The notes under the pieces were generated by a model. The model was not told where the DNA came from and did no database searches. It saw nothing but the letters and a program-made list of their open reading frames with translations. The position numbers were made by a program, and so were the translations under genes. A stretch of 64,000 nucleotides of DNA from Felis catus (taxonomy: Eukaryota): assembly GCF_018350175.1 (NCBI RefSeq), contig NC_058369.1, positions 13,826,001 to 13,890,000 on the forward strand, in the 5' to 3' direction. Below, in pieces: positions 56,831-64,000 of the stretch; the stretch's first letter is position 1; the number at the start of each line of letters is the position of its first letter.

Positions 56831-59800
56831 AAAGGATGGAGAGGTTTCAGTCCTTCCAAGTGGCTAGAAAACACAGTCCCAGTGAATCATGATGCCTGGG
56901 GTCTCAGTGAGTCCCACGCTGGGACCCTGACTTGCTGTGTGACCCAAACTGGTACCATCCCTCTCTGGTCCTTACCAATAGAAGGGTAGGGATCATTTGC
57001 CCAGTCCTGCCCTGGAGCATGCCCTCTACCCTCTGGGTAACTTTTACTTCATTACCTTTGACTTTAAGGAAAGAGACTTGACCCCTGGGTGCACACTTCC
57101 CAGCCCTGGCACTCCCAGAGGTTTAACCCCTTCCTTCCCAATCCACCGCCTTTTGCGAAGGAAGAGGAACCAGCATTGACGGCACTTCTAGCAAATATTG
57201 ACCCAAGTCCTTGAAGGTGTCTGGGAATGTACTGAGGGGGCAGATGGAGAGAGGGCCCCACGTGGGCTGGGGGAGGACTCCTCCTTAGTCTGCATACTCT
57301 GTACCTAAGGATTAGGTCGGGGAAGACCCTCCAGCCCCAGCCCCCCATGTAATTGAAGAGCATTGAGGGGACACTGGGGAGGAAGCAGCAGTAACAGCAC
57401 TGGCCCGGAGGAACCCAGAGCCAGTGGGAGTGAGTAGAGCAGAGATGCTTCTCCCACGCTGAGACCCCAGTGCTCAGGGGCCCTCAGTATGGGATTAGCC
57501 TGTGTTCCAGGCCTGTGTTCCCAGGAGGCAGGGGCAGTGAGGGTCCGGACCTGGACATATGAGGTTGGGACAGCAGAAGGTGGGGCTTTATCATTGCTAC
57601 CCCGGAGCTTGCGCCTGGGTAGCTGGGATGCCTAGGTTCAAAGCTTTGTGCGCTGAACTTTAAAAATTCAGACCCCATAGGCATTGGAGGTGGGGCCTCA
57701 GGCGTGCTGCCTGGGTCCAGGTCAGGGCCCCTGGACACCCTGGAGAACCTCGGATGTCTGGGTTCCAAGAGGAGAAAGTTGCGGTGTGGGGGGGGGGGGG
57801 GCCGGGGTGGGGGGACGGACAGCTGGGTCCCTTTCTCCTCCTCCCCCCACCGTCAGCAAGCGCCGGCGCCACGGTGCCGTGCCTCCTCCTCAGCCTGTAC
57901 CCAGCTTGGGGGTGGGGGTCAGCGGGGTCGTGGTGAGGGCGGCAAGGGACAAAGGGCGCTTGTCCGATGCCCGCCCTGACCTCGGCCGCCGCTTCCCGGA
58001 CGCCCGGCCCGCCGCTGATTCACGCCCAGGCCCGCCGCAGCGCCCCGCGCCTGCCNNNNNNNNNNNNNNNNNNNNNNNNNNNNNNNNNNNNNNNNNNNNN
58101 NNNNNNNNNNNNNNNNNNNNNNNNNNNNNNNNNNNNNNNNNNNNNNNNNNNNNNNNNNNNNNNNNNNNNNNNNNNNNNNNNNNNNNNNNNNNNNNNNNNN
58201 NNNNNNNNNNNNNNNNNNNGGAATGGCAGGAGGGGCGCGGGGGCTCACCTGGGGGGCCAGGGTCAAGTCCTCCTTCCGCTCCCGCCCCCAGCGGCCTCGT
58301 GGAGCGGAAAGGGGGGGTGGGTGGGCAGCAACCAAGCCCTCTCGCTGTTCTCCGGCAACCGACGCCAGCTCCCCAACCACTCCGGCCTCAGTTTCCCCTT
58401 CCCCAAAAGGATGCAGGGAGTCCTTCTTTCCTGCTGCTCTTTAAGTGACGCCTCTTCTGCCTGATGCCCCACCCTCGGCCCGCGTCTCTTTGCTCCTCTC
58501 GCTTGTATCTGGGCCCACTCCTGTTCCCACCCTGAGCCTCAGTTTCCTCATCCGTAAATTAGACAACGCTACCGGCACTTCCTTACAGGGTTGTTGCGAG
58601 AACATACCTGGGAGGGGCTTTGTTTGCAATGAATGGAAGTACAGTAACTGTGGAAGGTTTAAGCGCGCGGGGCTCTGGAATTGACATGTGTGGGCTTGAA
58701 TCCTAGCTCTGCCGAGGGGTCCTGGGGCCCAAGTTTCCCACCTGTGAGGCGGGGGACAGGATCAGTCTTAACCAATGGCTGTTTCCCAAGGCACAGGGCC
58801 CAACGCGCGGGGGTTTAGCCCCGGGGTTCCCTCGCTTTCGCGGAAACCGCGGGCTGGAGGCCCTTGCCGCAGGGTCGCCGCGGCGTAGCCCGGGAGGGGC
58901 GGGGCGGGGGAGGGGCCGCGCCGGGATCCAGATGTTCAGGGTCCGCCAGGCACAGCCGCGCCTGATTAAGCCACGTGGGGGCCGGCCGAGGCCGCGGAGA
59001 TGAAAGCGCCGCGGCCGGCCCGGGGAGGGGGTGCGCCAGGTCCCCCCGGGTCCCTTCCTCCTCGGCCGGAACCTGCGGCGCCCTTTGACCCACCGACCCC
59101 GCGTGGCTGCCGCCCCGTCTGTGGGGGTGGAGCGTTGATGGAAGCCAAGTGGACGGCTGCGCGACCTCCGCAGGCACCTGCACCGGGCATGCTAGCGAGG
59201 GATGGAGGGGTCATCTTTGCAGGGGACCGAAGCGTAGAGGGGCGCCCACGCCACCCTGCCTGACTGAGAGGGAGCTAGGGAGACCTCTTAAACCGAGATA
59301 CAGGGGGTTTCAATCTGTCACCTTGGAGCGTGGCAGTTATGGAAGGCAGCAGTGTCCCTGTTTGCCCCAAGTTTTCCCACAAGAATTAGGAATTTTAGCA
59401 GCACCTACACGCACCTCTGTGCCCCCTCGCACTCAGCGCCGGGCCGAGAGGCTCCCAGTCTGGGGGAGAGAGTGCTAGATCCCCCAAGCCTGTGGATCAG
59501 GGCTGGGCCAGGAGGCGGCGAGGCTGGGGGAACCCTGAAGGGCCCGAAAAGGCTTCCTACAAGAGGCAAACCAGTTACAAAGTTACCACCCCTCTCACTT
59601 GGACGGCACAGGACTGGATGCCACAGACCTTCCCGAGGCCTTCACCGACCCAGTCTTGTGATCCTCACGTCCCTCCACCTCCACTCTCTGGCTTCAGCAC
59701 CACCACCCTCCTACCCGCCTCCGGGTTCTCAGTTACTTTTGCCTGGATTGCCCTCCCCGCTTGGTCAGCTCAAACTTTGCCTCCTTGGGGAGGCCCTCGC

Positions 59801-59929
59801 TGAATCCCCTGGCGAACAGAGACGCCCCAGCCCATCACCCAGTTTGTTTCCTTTTGGCCCCAAAGCGCTGGCTGAGATTCTCCAGCCTGCATACGAGGGA
59901 GGTGTCATGGCACCCCCGAGATGGGACAG

Positions 59930-64000
<4,071 letters not shown>

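Noticed and set aside
59693-59713. Possible REST/RE1 site upstream of TMEM59L (TTCAGCACC...), and a similar one near 55238
   Set aside because: Only the left half-site is present; the GGACAG half is absent at the canonical spacing.

Overview
Mammalian genomic DNA, most likely from a felid: the many carnivore tRNA-derived Can-SINEs look like the felid SINEC_Fc type. The window is the gene-dense block syntenic with human 19p13.11. It contains ELL exon 1 and promoter (-), complete FKBP8 (-), KXD1 (+), UBA52 (+), REX1BD/C19orf60 (+), CRLF1 (-, with exon 7 hidden in an N-gap) and the first six exons of TMEM59L (+). All visible coding exons were assembled by hand with GT-AG boundaries and continuous frames. 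The genes themselves are well known. The leads most worth following are: (1) a frame-compatible KXD1-UBA52 read-through that would give a KxDL-ubiquitin-L40 fusion; (2) an old ~250 bp duplicated segment in two FKBP8 introns, each copy keeping a perfect heat-shock element; (3) five POU MORE-type motifs in the ELL CpG-island promoter, plus a perfect divergent splice donor; (4) dual-frame CRLF1 terminal exons; (5) an Arg-rich uORF overlapping the KXD1 start. Repeat family names and motif calls were made by eye and need RepeatMasker or PWM confirmation.
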